A stretch of 64,000 bases of DNA from positions 23,544,704-23,608,703 of the forward strand of contig NC_068999.1 of the NCBI RefSeq assembly GCF_001194135.2, given 5' to 3'. This DNA comes from Octopus bimaculoides. Its lineage: Eukaryota. The position numbers and the translations under genes are program-made. Positions 38,580-53,184 of this stretch are shown here, piece by piece (position 1 is the stretch's first letter; each line of letters starts with the position of its first letter). Below the pieces are notes generated by a model. That model saw nothing but the letters and a program-made list of their open reading frames with translations, did not search any database and had not been told where the DNA came from.

Positions 38580-39060
38580 TCAGAGAGCTACTACCTCTAA
38601 GGTCTCTTTCCCTGAGTGAAAGACAAATTGTATGATGCTTGTGTATGAACTACAACGCTACATGGTAATGAAACATGGGCTTTGGATGCAAAGGAAATGT
38701 GAAAATGAAAAAGAAATGAAGCAATCATGCTCCTCTGGATGTGTAATGTTAGTGTGCATGTACAACAAAATGCAAATGTGTTGAGAGAAAAATTAGGCAT
38801 AAGAGGCTTGAAATGTAGTGTGCAATTGAGAAGACTGCACATTATATGGTTACTTGATGCATATCAAGTACAGCAGCATAAAGAAATGTTAGTTGCTAAA
38901 AGTGGATGGCACTTTTGAAAGACCCAGTAAAACATGGCACAAAGTAATTAAGATCAGCCTCAAGTTGTTGAGATGGAGGAGATGACAAAGGATAAAGATG
39001 AATGATGATTCACTGTGCTTGAGAAGACTTATCCGTCTCAGCCAAATACAAATTCCTAAA
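38580..39060 (+). mobile_element. RTE LINE 3' ORF fragment
   Basis: LYDACV*TTTLHGNETWA...[27 protein letters not shown]...KTWHKVI...FTVLEKT. Confidence 0.8.
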
Positions 39061-39148
39061 GGCATATTGTTAATGTCAATACCTTTGGAAGACAAGATGG
39101 TGAAGATCAGGTGTCAGAGTATAAAAAGGTGCATAAAGAGAGAATTGG

Positions 39149-39187
<39 letters not shown>

Positions 39188-39197
39188 NNNNNNNNNN

Positions 39198-39238
<41 letters not shown>

Positions 39239-39239
39239 C

Positions 39240-40420
39240 CACACACTTTACATCATCTCCTTATTTCCCATCTATCTAGTGTTCTATTATATTGTTGCTC
39301 CTCCACTTCCCCCACCCTTTTATGTATTGCCATTTATCACCTCCATCTTCCTGACACATTCTCATTTTCCTTTAGGTACAAACCTAATCTGTACCTGTCT
39401 AGCCTTTGTCTACAACTCATCTTCAAACCACCCATCCCTCCTTCACCCCACCCCTTCAACCAGGCACTATTTCCTCAGTTGCTCTAATTATATGGAGGTA
39501 AAACTGTAACTATACTATCTCCACTTTTGTGCTACAAGTTATTTCTTTTCTTGGAACCACATTTCTTGTCACCCATCATGCATTCTCAATTCCATCTCTT
39601 ACTAATTTAATCTCCACAGAGTTACCCTTTCTTCCTCTGACCACTCTCTCATATCTATCCTCAACACCTTTTTTTGTTACCCATTGTATGCACCCATCTG
39701 TCCCTCTGATCTCTACCTTTGTCACTATGTATCATCTCCCCCCCCCCACACACACACAGTTTACATCATCTTATTTCTCATCTATCTAGTGTTCTCTTAT
39801 GCTCCTCCTCCTCCTCCACCACCACCACCACCACCCTTTTACATATTGCCATCTATCACTTCTTTCTTCCTGACCCATTCTTATTTTCCTTTACCTTTGC
39901 CTTCAAACTGGGATTCACCATTGACCACACTTCCATCCATGTTCCATTCACCTGTTCCATTCACCTGTTTCCATCTCTAACCATCTGTCACTCCCCTTTC
40001 ACTCTCATCGACATACCCATGCAGCCATCCTCAATCCTTAGTCCCAATTCTCTCCTTATACTCCTTTTTGTACCCTGATACTGCATCTTCACCATCTTGT
40101 CTCCCTTTTCTGATAGGATCACCATGTATTTCCTCTACAGCAAGACATGTTCTTGTTTCTCTATCGTACTTTAGCCTCTCACCACCTCCTAACACAAAGC
40201 CCCCTCCCTCAATAATGCACCTCTACTCAGGTTAAGGGTCTTGTTTTGCAAGTCTTTTTGACCTTATCTATAAATTGGTTGGCATTAGGAAAGGCATCCA
40301 GTTGTAGGAACCATGCCAAAGTAGATATCAGAGCTCAACACAGTCTTCTGGCTCATTGGATGCTGTCAAACTATTCAACCCATGCCAGTGTAGAATACAG
40401 ACATTAAAATGATGATTATG
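39240..40420 (+). mobile_element. Longest copy of the non-coding pyrimidine-rich retroelement with RTE 3' tail
   Basis: About 1 kb C/T-rich body with a diverged internal direct repeat (39240-39380 vs 39745-39890), then GGTTGGCATTAGGAAAGGCATCCAG...TTAAAATGATGAT. Confidence 0.55.
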
Positions 40421-40457
40421 ATATACTTATAATTGTATGTGTGTGTGTGTGTAGGTA

Positions 40458-40790
40458 GGTAGGTGTGGCTGTGTGGTAAGAAGCTTGCTTCCTAACTACA
40501 TGGTTCTGGCTTCAGTCCCACTGTGAGTCATTCTGGGCAAGTGTCTTCTACTATGGCCTTGGGCCAACCAAAGCCTTCTGAATGGATTTGGTAGATGCAA
40601 TCTGAAAGAAGCCCATTGTAAATATATATATGTATATATCTATGTGCATGTGTCTTTGTGTCTGTAGTAGTCCCCCCATCACCGCTTGACAACCAGGGTT
40701 GGTGTGTTTACACCCCGTAACTTAGTAGTCCAGCAAAAGAGATCTTTCATGCTCCAGCATGGCCACAGTCAAATGACTGAAACACATACT
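40458..40790 (+). mobile_element. SINE family A
   Basis: GTGGCTGTGTGGTAAGAAGCTTGCTTCC head. A further copy lies at 41600-41775. Confidence 0.85.
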
Positions 40791-41027
40791 AATATATACT
40801 TTTGTTATTTACACCACCTGTCCTCGTCTGTTGTTATTTTTTGTATATTCTCCCAAATATATATATATATATATATANNNNNNNNNNNNNNNNNNNNNNN
40901 NNNNNNNNNNNNNNNNNNNNNNNNNNNNNNNNNNNNNNNNNNNNNNNNNNNNNNNNNNNNNNNNNNNNNNTAATCAAAATTCTTGATAAACTCATGTTTA
41001 TCCTTGTCTTTACCTATAATTTATGAG

Positions 41028-41066
<39 letters not shown>

Positions 41067-43204
41067 TATGTGTGTGTGTGTGTGTGTATGTAATCAAAAT
41101 TCTTGATAAACTCATGTTTATCCTTGTCTTTACCTATAATTTATGAGCTCAACATACTTGCATATCTATGCCCATGGTTAAACATAGGTAATATACCAAT
41201 AGTATAATGGATACTTCTATCCCTTAGATGGTTATTTTAACGTCTAACTCAGCTAACCTTATGTATATATATGAATTTGATTCAGCCCCTCAGCTTGCCA
41301 GCCCTGGTCAAACCGTCCAACCCATACCTGCATGGACAACGGATGTTAAATGATGATGATGATGTTGATGATGAGAGTGATTATCAAATGCACATACTGA
41401 AAGCATGTGCTCTGCTTATTTGCTGGTAGGCATGATGTTGATGACTTCATCAAAGTTCCAGGTGTTAAAACACGCGAAAGTCATAGACAGGGAAGACAAC
41501 TCACCCCAAATATCATTCAGCAGTAATGGACATCAATGTTTCACCATTTTGGTGGCTTTTCAACATCATATACTTGTATATATATATATATATATATGAC
41601 ACAGTCGTGGATGTGTGATTAGAAGTTTGCTTCCCAGCCACATGGTTCTGGCTTCAGTCCCACAACATGGCACCTTGGGCAAGTGTGTTCTACTATAGCC
41701 CCAGGCCAACCAAAGCCTAGCGGACTTGATTGATGGAAACCGAAAGAAGCATGTCATACATATGTGTGTGTGTGTGTGTGTGTGTTGTGTGATATTTCCA
41801 AACATGACAAATTTCAAGAGTTTAAAAAAATATCCTGTCAACAATAATACGAGCAATATGTTATAAGTAAAAAATGATAAATTACTTTGTTCTCATTTGA
41901 CAAATTGGCCTTCAACCTAGTGCTTTAATTCCTGAACGTTTAGTGTCGCATATAAATGTATTTATGTGTTTGTGTGCTTTTGTGAAATATGAAACAATTG
42001 TGTATAATACAATCAGAATAGAACTAACGCTTGTCAGTATAATTTAGTATGTTGTACTAATCTAGTAAACTAGCAATAAATAACTAAAACGCAGTGCAGT
42101 ATACAACACCCAGTAAAAATACATAACAACCTGCAAATATGGCAAATCACAGTGCAATAACCAAATGCATACTGGATCTATAAAGTAGAGAAATACATTA
42201 ATAAAACTTTCATCAAATAAACACCCTGTTATAAACTAGCCTTAATAAAAAAAATCAATCATAACAACCAAACAACCAAACCATTTCCTGGAACCGTGAA
42301 TGAAATTAGTTAACTTTGACTATAATAATATTTTAACATTACAAGATATATTGAGTTCTCTTTGTTTTATTTGTATTTGAACTTGCAAGTGTATGCAGTA
42401 CTTGATGTGTTACAAATTTATCCATCCGTCTATTGTCTCCACCCCACTATTCTTATGTGGGCCATAGGGGTAGTGTCTTGAATAACATCCTCTATGGAGT
42501 CCTATCAGAAGCAGCCGTCATTAGACTTTCTGGCAGGATTCCCAAGTGTGACCAACTGAAGCTAATTGATATTATCCAACTCATCCTGTTCTTTGTCTTG
42601 TTCTTTTAATAATTATATTAATGCCGTTAACATAGGGATTATTTTACAGGTTTTGCCTCTTTATATATATTTTTATTTCTCATGTTTATGTTTATTCCTT
42701 GAATTATCTTAGGTATTTTTTCAGGAATTTGACCTGAAGAGTGACAGATTTTGGGAGTAAAATCATTTTCCCATTCTAATGAACTTGGATAGAATTTGCT
42801 TATGATTTTATATAGTCCTATTTCAGCCATGAAATGCGCGTAGTCTATGTACTAGCACTAACTTTTATACTTTTACACATTATATCATTGTATTAATTTT
42901 TACTGTCCTATTTATATTTTATTTGATTTTTAAATTAATATTTTTATGATGAATGTTTCTTTATATGATATATTATATATTATTAAAATTATTAAAATTT
43001 TAGATTAAAATCTTAGATAGGTATTTATATGCTATATGCCTCACAGAATGGTTTTGGACGGGTTCTTCGTTGACTGAGTTGTAGAGTGGTGGTTCGTCTC
43101 TAAATTAGTTATATGCATATATATTATATATTACAAAACTCGGTGTAATATTATACCGAATTTTACCTGTAAGGTTGGAATAAGTTTTTATTCCCTAATA
43201 TTAT

Positions 43205-43247
<43 letters not shown>

Positions 43248-43599
43248 CAGAGAGAGAATGAGAGATACATCAACACACACATCTATATGTGTGGATAATG
43301 CATTTAATGACTACCACTATAGAAGAAGGTCTTCTCTCCAATTTTGTAAAGAGAGCCCACTGTATGACTGTGCCACTCACAAGCATCACTCAATGTCAAG
43401 ATAAGCAGACACAGGTATACACATACATAACTTACACACACACACACACACACACATACATGATGAGCATTTTTCAGTTTCTGTCTCTGAAATACACTCA
43501 CATGTTTTTGGTTAGCCCAGGGCTTTATTAGAAGACTATTAGAGAGGCTAAACTCAACCTCACAGCACCTATAATTCGTGTGGGTGGGTGTGTTTTAAA

Positions 43600-43950
43600 G
43601 TGTATCCATTATGGCCAATCTTACCAATCAGTTTCATTTTGCACTGAGTATTAAACCAAATATTACATAACAGCATGGTTATGTAATAACTCTTGATATA
43701 TACCTTGTCCAGTTCATTTCATTTTTTTTCACAGTATCCAGAAACTGGATGTGTTTTTTCACTTCCAATAAGAGAGCAGTTGCTATGTTTTATTTCCACG
43801 CTTACTAGCTCTGATGAACGTATGGGTTTACAGAACCGTGTTCTTATCTAACATCCAGTTTATTACCCAGTGTAAAACTGTTTGGTAAGATCAGATGTAT
43901 TGGATGTATAATATTGTACATTTTGATTAATATGTCCACTCTATTGGTAT
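43600..43950. mobile_element. Old MITE-like inverted-repeat element
   Basis: Arms ATCTTACCAAwCAGTTT...CACTGrGTAwTAAAC at about 43603-43655 and 43858-43910; homologue at 60055-60150. Confidence 0.55.
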
Positions 43951-43996
43951 ATATATATATGAGTGCATATTTTTTCTGACTTACGCATTTTTAGAC

Positions 43997-44038
<42 letters not shown>

Positions 44039-44421
44039 NNNNNNNNNNNNNNNNNNNNNNNNNNNNNNNNNNNNNNNNNNNNNNNNNNNNNNNNNNNNNN
44101 NNNNNNNNNNNNNNNNNNNNNNNNNNNNNNNNNNNNNNNNNNNNNNNNNNNNNNNNNNNNNNNNNNNNNNNNNNNNNNNNNNNNNNNNNNNNNNNNNNNN
44201 NNNNNNNNNNNNNNNNNNNNNNNNNNNNNNNNNNNNNNNNNNNNNNNNNNNNNNNNNNNNNNNNNNNNNNNNNNNNNNNNNNNNNNNNNNNNNNNNNNNN
44301 NNNNNNNNNNNNNNNNNNNNNNNNNNNNNNNNNNNNNNNNNNNNNNNNNNNNNNNNNNNNNNNNNNNNNNNNNNNNNNNNNNNNNNNNNNNNNNNNNNNN
44401 NNNNNNNNNNNNNNNNNNNNN

Positions 44422-44463
<42 letters not shown>

Positions 44464-44466
<3 letters not shown>

Positions 44467-44680
44467 AGGTCTGATCAATAAGTATCCGGACTGTTGCCAT
44501 AGTAATGAAGCTAAAGCTCGCAGAGTAAAGCAAAATTTTATGCAGATTCTCTGCTCAACTTTCTCTGTCATAGTCATTGCGCTGATCACACGCTACACAC
44601 CTTCCTTCCAAGCACTGATGTAAACAGTGGAAGTGAGCTAGAACACTAAAACTTACTGCGCATGCACAGCAGAGTTAACA
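44464..44680 (-). mobile_element. Deleted mariner element
   Basis: TIR-like CAAGGTCTGATCAATAAGTATCCGGACT after TA; the rc encodes MTEKVEQRICIKFC, a mariner transposase N-terminus. Confidence 0.8.
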
Positions 44681-45247
44681 GTTATTTTTAATACTTTTCT
44701 CGCTGTATTGTGTATTCGTTTCTCTTTTTTCCATCTGTGATTCATTTATGATCATCTATGTAAATGAAGATATTTCCTTCATTTTGCTGCTTTTCTTTCT
44801 ACAAAGTGAGAAGTTACATTGTGGAACTGCTATTTTAATGGGTTGTGTCTATTTATTACCCAATGAGATACATCTGCACTGCCAGATGCTTCTGAACCAG
44901 TTGTTGAGTGTCCCACCGGTGAGGGTTCAATGTTAAATGTGTTGAAACAATTGTCATGATTAATAATAAATTCTTGTACATTCCATCTTCCGTCTTTCAT
45001 TTCTCATATACATATAAGGGTAAGATCAAGGATCCAAGTGTAGGAAGTTTGTAAGCTTCAAGCAGTCACTAGCAGGTATAGAAAACAAAAAGTGGACCAT
45101 GTATATTCAGGAACAATAACAATTTATTGGCATTGAAGGTTACATGCTTATTCCCATATTGAAGTTAAAAGGAAATTCAATAAGCTGAAAATCTTTGTAC
45201 AGCTCACAATTAGCAACTAGAGTTGTTATAAATGTGAATAAAATTTA

Positions 45248-45342
<95 letters not shown>

Positions 45343-47164
45343 TTATAAGAATAGTTAAATTTTAGTATATATATAATATTTTAAGTTATTTTGAAATTAA
45401 TTAAAATTTTTGTCGATATACTTCTTTAATACTATATGTGTGTCCTGGTTTCAAATTAAGTACGCTGCACTCCAGTTTGTTGTAAGAAGCAACTAAAAGG
45501 ATTGTTGACAGAAAGGGCATCTGGCCCCATAAAACACTACCTCACAGAACTTGTCCCTGCTCATCCCGGCATAGAAAAGTGGGCCCAAAATTATGATGGT
45601 GACTACTTTATTTGTAGTTTCCATCTTTTTTATTGTTTTTTGTTAATATCTCATTTTGACCTCCAAAGAAGTTTCTATATCAAGGTAGAGCTTATCTTTT
45701 CATTCACCTACTTTTGAGTTGTGGTCAATATAGCTTCATGGTCAAATGACATGATGGTCACTGAAAGCAGATTGCTTATTAAGGTCATTATTATTTAGAG
45801 TTAGTTTTTTTTCTTTGCTATGAATTCATTGTTTTTTTTTTTTTTTATCATAAGAAGATTACTAACTTGCAATTGTTATTTTTTTTTCCCCCTCACATAT
45901 AAGTTAATACCTTAATCTCCATCTGAAACAGTGTGAGTATGTAAATCTGGTGTAGATTATATAGTTGTCAGCTGTCTAATCTCACTTTATGCATCTCACT
46001 GTTAGTAGTTTTCTGTTATTGTTTAGTGCTTGCATTAACATTTCATTTGTGAAAAATCTTTTAATTTGTTAAACATTAATTTCTGTTTATTAGTTTTTGT
46101 GAGACAACTTTCACTTTTTAAGCCTGCCTTATTCTGTTGTACCAATCAGATCTTACTTAATTTTTACTATTTCCCCGCCCTAGTCTATTTCATGAACACA
46201 CTTGCCAATGACCTTCAGTAAGCTAATGCTATCCAATGGATTGTTGATATTGATTAGTTTTATGATAATATTTCTCTGCTGCAAGTAGTTTCAGTTTTCG
46301 GTAATATTTCGTATGTGATATGAGTGTAAATAACTTGTACTCCTGATGGCAAATTTCCTAATTTCTTCAATTTCCATACTCTAAGATTATTACTTACCAC
46401 AAATCATCTTGGAGTCTTTCGGTACAGTATTTCTATTATTATTCTTATTTTCAATTAAATTATATTTTTCTATACAATTATATTTTTTCATACCATCTGC
46501 CTTATACATTTACATCACCGATGTATTTGACTGTTTCTAAAATATTTTATTTTTGTACAATCTTATATCATTTTACTCAGTTGGTGATCTGCAGGAAATT
46601 GTTAAGCTAGATGCATTCATATAGGTACTACTTTTTGGAGTATTCGGATAATATTAATTCCTTAGAGTAAAAGATTATGATAACTGGGCACAGAGTGTAA
46701 ATTTTATCATCAAAATGAAGAAAGTGTCAACAATATAAAATTGCTTTTTGTAGTTTTATGTTGACATGAAGGAAAATAAATTTTAAGGAGATTTAGATGA
46801 ATAATATAAAATGTAATTGTAAATTATTTTTATCAGTAATAACTAATTTATAATATTAAAAAAAAAAATTAAATACCTATCTTCTGTTCACTCTTTTTCC
46901 TTTCCTCTTTTTCTTTATCTCTTTTTACTTTTATCACTTGATTATTTTTTCACCTTTACAAAAGTCATACCTTGCAAACCAAAAAAAAAAAAAAAAAAAG
47001 GAGAGAGAAAAAGAGAAATCTTATTCATATTTGATACAGCCCTGTAATAGATAACCTTATCTGAGATAACTGATTCTATTAACATAGACCATTACAATCA
47101 AATTGTTATAGAATTTATCTTAGAGTGGAAGTATGTATGATGCTTATAGATACAATAATTGAGC

Positions 47165-47413
47165 TAAAGTGATAGCATGTTGTCAACTTAATGTGACAGT
47201 CCCATAAAAGGGAAGAATGCTACTGTTATTTAGCCCTAGGAAACACTGTTTCCTGTTGGACTTGACACATTTCCTATGTCCTTATGTTTTCAAAGTGGAC
47301 ACAGGAAATGTGTCAAGTCCAACAGGAAACAGTGTTTCCCAGGGCTAAATAGCAGTAGCATTCTTCCCTTTTATGGGACTGTCACATTAAGTTGACAACA
47401 TGCTATCACTTTA
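47165..47413. repeat. 249-bp near-perfect palindrome (fold-back element or MITE)
   Basis: 117-bp arms at 47165-47281 and 47297-47413 with 3 mismatches and a 15-nt loop; TA at both outer ends. Confidence 0.9.
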
Positions 47414-48169
47414 TCGTGCTGCTACTGCATAAATCTCTGAGAGATTTAGAAATATATTATTTCAATAATTGAGCTATCTTAAATTTAACTACTTTGACAT
47501 GAAAATGTATACATAAAACATTATTTCACCTAACGAGTTATCTGAAATTGCTTTTCATTTAATTAAGTATTTTGTTTATGCTTATAATTTCTAGTTATCA
47601 GAGTTCAAAATGTAATTAGTCATGCATAGAATTTTTAATATTGATTTCTAACATTAGAACAAGGCCACAGCTTTGGGGGAAGGATACAGTCAATTATGAG
47701 AATAATTCAATTTTATTGATCTTGGAAGGATGGAAGGCAAAAATTGGCCCCAAAACTGAACTCAGAATATAAAGAGCCTAATATTGATAATCCTCTTGTA
47801 AAGTTATGTGAAATAATTGCTCAAAATTAAAATTCTACTCTTGTCCCACCGCATGGTACCTTGAGCAAGTTTCTTCTACTATAGCCTCAGGCTGACCAAA
47901 GCCTTGTGAGTTGATTTAGTCGATGGAAACTAAAAGAAACCCATCGTACGTATGTATGTATGTTTGTGTGCTTTTTGTCAATGTATAGTGACAAAAGATT
48001 TAAACATTGACAAGGAAAATAAAAAACTAATGCTTAATCACTGACATCCCTTTAGATATTTGTTCGGCACCAAGTTGCATACACTTCCTTTTCACTCTCA
48101 CCATTAGAAACACCATGAACCAGTATTTAGCCTGTTGAAAATATGTAGTAGTAATGCTATTGTTCACCA

Positions 48170-48316
48170 GTTGTGGTTAAGAAACACCCTTTACAACCAC
48201 ATGGTTTTGGGTTCAGTCCCACTGCATAGCACTATGGGCAAATCTTTCCTAATATAGTTCCGGGTTAACCAATGACTTATGGGTGAAATCTGGTAGATGG
48301 AAACTCTGTTGAAGCC

Positions 48317-48347
<31 letters not shown>

Positions 48348-48485
48348 CGTGCATGCATTTGTCCCTACTCCCCACTGCTTGACAACTAGTTTCAGTTTAG
48401 CAAAAGAGAGGATAGAATAAGTACTGAACTTTAAAAAAGTAAGTACTGGTGGGTGGGGTTGGACTTTTCAACTAAAACCCTTCAA
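48170..48485 (+). mobile_element. SINE family A
   Basis: Family A head, (GT)n and tail. A partial copy lies at 47845-47960. Confidence 0.8.
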
Positions 48486-51400
48486 GGTAGTGCCCCAGCA
48501 TGATCGCAGTCCAATGATGGAAATAAATGAAAGATAAAAGATACTGAAACATACTTTTATTTTATGTAAGAGTATCCATCACTCAACTCGCTGAAATTAG
48601 TGTAGATTTATTATGAAACTACACTGTATGCTCTCTGGCATAGGCATGACAGATTTTAACAAAAGAAAATAATATTTTACAAAACACTACAGAGCATGAT
48701 TAGTAAAATAGTTCTATATTGGAAATGTAGTTAAATATTTACAACATCAACTCTTTTTTAAAATTTTCCTTTACCCCTTGGACACACAAAACCAGTTACC
48801 TGGTTTCCATGATGCATAAGTGACTGAAATCACAACATTATCCCTGAATGGGACACCAGTCTATTGCAGGGTTCAAAGACAGGAATTTTGAGGGGAGGAG
48901 AACAAGATGATTACATCAACCCTGACACTTGACTGCTACTTATTTTATTGACACCAAGGGGAGGAAAATGGAGGCATGTGGCCTTGTTGTAAAGATGTTG
49001 CACTCACAAGTGCAAAATCATAGTTTTGATTCCTGGGCTGGACACTGTTGTGTTCTTGAGCAAAACACTTCATTTCACTTAGTTCCAGTCCACTTAGCTG
49101 TAAATGAGTAACTCCATGACAGACTGGCATCCCATTTAAGAGGAATGTCATTATCTTGGTCACTTATAAATCATAAAAGCTAAGTAATTAACCCCAATAA
49201 GTTCTAGGACTCGAGGCAGTAATGTCCAAGGGTAATGATGACAAAGGAATGAAAGACGAATTTGGCAGGATTTGAACTCACAACATAAAGAGTTGGAAGA
49301 AATGTCACTAAGAATTTTGTCCAATGAGCCTACAATTCTGCCAGCTTGCTACCTTTATAACACATACTACTATGACTCAGTTGAAAAGGACAATAAATAT
49401 TATTCTTTAGCAGCAAGTATTTTAAATGACACTTCATTTTTGTATTTGGTTACAAAGTTCTTTATGTGAATTCATTCTGTTGTGTCTAGGGAGATTATGC
49501 CAATATCAATTACACACACACCAATTCAATTCCAATTCTTTACTATTAGTCAAATGGTTAAATATCTAGCCTATAACTCACTGATCTTTTGTTTAACTTC
49601 ATTAAATTTAACCAATTGATGATAATAATAATAGAGGAGTGGAATTGAACCAGTGCATGTGTTATTAATAATGGTGTAATGACTGTCCCCAGACATTACA
49701 AAATTTTAAATGATTAATTATATTTCAAGCATATTAATAGGTTTTAAATATGTAAAATGATATCTCAGTAATTATTAATTATAATTTCATATAATGTTAA
49801 AAAAAATGATTCATAGTGTTTCAACATACAGTTAACTCTTTGAAACGCCTGTGTTAGAATGGTGGCAGCTGATGAAGGAGATGTTCTCTATGTGGCCTGT
49901 GTGTTTTCTGTACTCGTTTATCATTTTGTCTATGCTTTGTTTGCAATGTCCTGTACCCAGATATGCATCTATATATACAGGTAGATGTAAGCATGTACAT
50001 ACATGTACGTATATATGCATATACTCATTTATTATTTGTATTATACATATATATATACTGTATGTATATATACATACATACACATATACATACATACATA
50101 CATACATACAGACATGTGTGTGTGTGTGTGTAGTTTTTTTATTAACCCTTTGCCTTTACTACATGAGTGTCACCGTCATGCAAACTGTGTCCTTTTTTTC
50201 ATCCATGGAAACTTGTCTGGTGAAAGGAAAGTAATACCCTGGAAATAGCTGAGGGGTTGGCAACAGGAAAAGGTAATCTGACCACAGAAAATCTGCCTCA
50301 ACAAATCCTGTCTGACCCATGCAAGTATGGAAAAGTGAATGTTAAAAGGATATTGACGATGATGATTATAAATTCAATTTATGATTCTATGCAGAAAGAA
50401 TAAGTATTTGACTGATTAACTTCTGATAAAATATAAATATAAAAAAGACACTAACAAAAATTAACAAAATATTATAATCAACCAGCTTGGACTCCTTTTA
50501 ACTTTATTGTTATTTAACATTACACTTGTATTATACAGTGACCATTTTTCTGGCAAACTGTCTATTCAATTTATTACTAATTGAAGAGTTTATAAGCTTC
50601 ATCTGCCCATGATAGATTCTGATACATTATCTACTGTCAAGTTCCATCTTCAATATATTATCATCATCGTTTTAATGCCCACTTTTCCATGCTTCAGCGG
50701 GTCAAATGGTGTTTTATATAGGCAGATTTTCTACAATCAGATACCCTTTCAGTCGCCAACCCTCACCTCTATCCATGTAAGGTAACATTTATCCGTGGCC
50801 AGACAGGTCTTCAAAGAATTTCGGAAATGAATGACTCGCTTGTATGAAAGTGACACTCATTTACAATTATCACATAATGTCAAAACAAAGTGATTCACAC
50901 TCATTCACACATGCATGCACAAACATGATGAACTTCTACTTAGCCCAGAACTATAGCAGAAGACACTTGCCCAGGGTACTATGCAGTGGAACTGAACCCA
51001 AAACCATGTGGTTGGCAAGTAAACTTCTTATACCCACAGCCATACCTGCTCCTATCTACTATATCCAATGAACCATTAAACCATAGTCAATAATTTTCAG
51101 TTTTAATTACTGAAAGTAAACAGTGAACTGGCAAAGTTGAGAGCGCATAAGACAAAATACCTTGTGGTATTTTGTACCAGCTGTTTGTGTTGTAAGTTTG
51201 TGGATGGTAGATTTAATCTGTCTCCTACTTTAACACATCCACCTGGTATTTAGGTACTTCAGCAGCATTTAGTTTATTGCAAGTATTCTATCCAGGTCTC
51301 TGGTTAAATGATACGTTCCTCTCTGGTCTCGGAGGCCTTGTAGAAATAAAGAGTCACTGGTACTATCCTTCATTCTTTGTTTAAGTGGTAAAAAAAAATA

Positions 51401-52784
51401 CATATAACATTGCTGTTCTTGTCTATCACTACAGTACACTATCAAATTTCACTGCAGTTCATCCATAGTTTTGTTATAACTATTTCCCTTTCAAAAAGCC
51501 TACGCTTGACTTTCCATACTGTAGTCAAGTATACTACTGTGTGAGGTACTCTTTCACAAAAAAACTGATGAAAAATTAACTTCATTTTTTTTCTTTTTTT
51601 TTTCGTCCGTTTTCTATGCCGGCATGTGTTGGACAGCTTGACAAGCCAAAGGCCACACTAGGTTCCATAGTCTATTTTGTCTTAGTTTCTATAGCTGGAT
51701 GCCCTTCCTAATGTCAGTCACTTCACAACTTGTACTGAGTGCTTTTTACGTGGTGCCTGCACCAGTGCTTTTTATATGGCACCAGCACTCACACTAATGC
51801 TTTTTACATGGCACTTTGGTTTTAGGATCTCAATTCTGTGTCCTTGAGAAAAACAATGCATCCCATATCTCACTCCTCTGTCAGTTTCCTTCAGAAGGTT
51901 CAGTGTTTCATAAGGTTAACTTGCTTATATAACTTAAACACATAATAATTTCACAACTACTTCACTACAAGTATATTTTCTGTGGCCACATGTGCAGCCA
52001 CACCTCTTTTAATACTGTCTTTATTGCTGTTTTACTTCTAATATAGTTTATACCTTTTCATCTACCTTAATCACATATTCAATAAGCTTTCATCTCTAGT
52101 TAATACATAACTTTAAAATATGACCTTACCTTCTGTAACACTTGATACTGACATTGAAATAGTTAATGATTTAATTTGCCTCTCTATTTTCCCACCGACC
52201 TCTTTGAGAATGTTACTGTTTATGTAACAAAATTTCCAAGGTGTCATACCATACTTCATTTGTCATGGCTGTCAAATTGTTTTTCTGGTAAAACAAAACC
52301 TGTTTCTGATTATCTGGGTCATATTTGCTGCACACTCCATCAGTGGCTTTTCACTCTAACATTTTTATCTGTCTCTTGGTGAGATGTTCTTTTTTATTTT
52401 AGCTAATAGAGAAACTGAGAGCTATAGATTTTTGAAGAAGTAAAATAGCAGCTATGAATGCACTCATTATCAGATTAGTTCAGAGTTGCTAATGAGATCA
52501 GTTAGTCTCATTGCTTGAATCTCTAATAAGTATAATTGCTTAAATTATGCTTTATATTTATTCATTACACTTCTTTCCTTCAGCTTCATTCACATATTTA
52601 AAATTAGTAAAAATAAATTTAAAGTCAACTATGATAATAGTTTCTGGGCTGTCATTTGACTTCATGAAATTGCAGTTCTCTTTTTTTGCTACCTTTATTT
52701 CTGCATAAGTTGTTGGGCCTTTATTTCACTTTTCTTTTTCTTTAATTCTACTCCTCCTTTCTCCTTTAATTAATTCCTCTAAGA

Positions 52785-53148
52785 CAGTGATTTCCAATGT
52801 GGGGCATACGCTCCGCTGGTGGGGCCTGGGAAAATTGTGGTAGGGTGCGAGATCCAAAATTTCTTTTCCCTTTGTTTTTTTAGTGAGATATGGAATTTTC
52901 ACAACAAACACACTACACCTACACCCAGCCTACCCAAACCAATCCATCTAACCAAGAATACTGCGTGAAGACTGTTTGTTACAGTATAGTATTATTCTAA
53001 TGCCCTAGTGTGGATATTTCTTTAAGGAAAGTATATAATTATGAGAAGTCAATAAATTATTAATCTTTTAACATATGTCACTGGCAGGGCATATATTTTT
53101 CTGGACAGTTATAGTGGGACCTGGGGGAAAATAGGTTGGGAGACACAG
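52785..53148. mobile_element. hAT-type MITE, degenerate
   Basis: Termini CAGTGATTTCCAA and TTGGGAGACACAG; the 8-bp TSD is poorly preserved. Confidence 0.55.
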
Positions 53149-53184
53149 AGCTAAGCTATTCATGTCTCTGTTATGGAACATCAC

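Noticed and set aside
40971-41149. 59-bp exact direct repeat separated by microsatellite
   Set aside because: The first copy starts at a gap edge; probably a contig-overlap artefact.
43735-43884. 150-nt segment with strong acceptor and GTAAGA donor
   Set aside because: Stops in all three frames, and it lies inside a dispersed inverted-repeat element with a homologue at 60055-60150.
46200-46625. Short exon-like frames on both strands (minus donor at about 46399; plus VGDLQEIVKLDAFI*)
   Set aside because: Mutually incompatible, unrecognisable, and expected by chance in AT-rich DNA.
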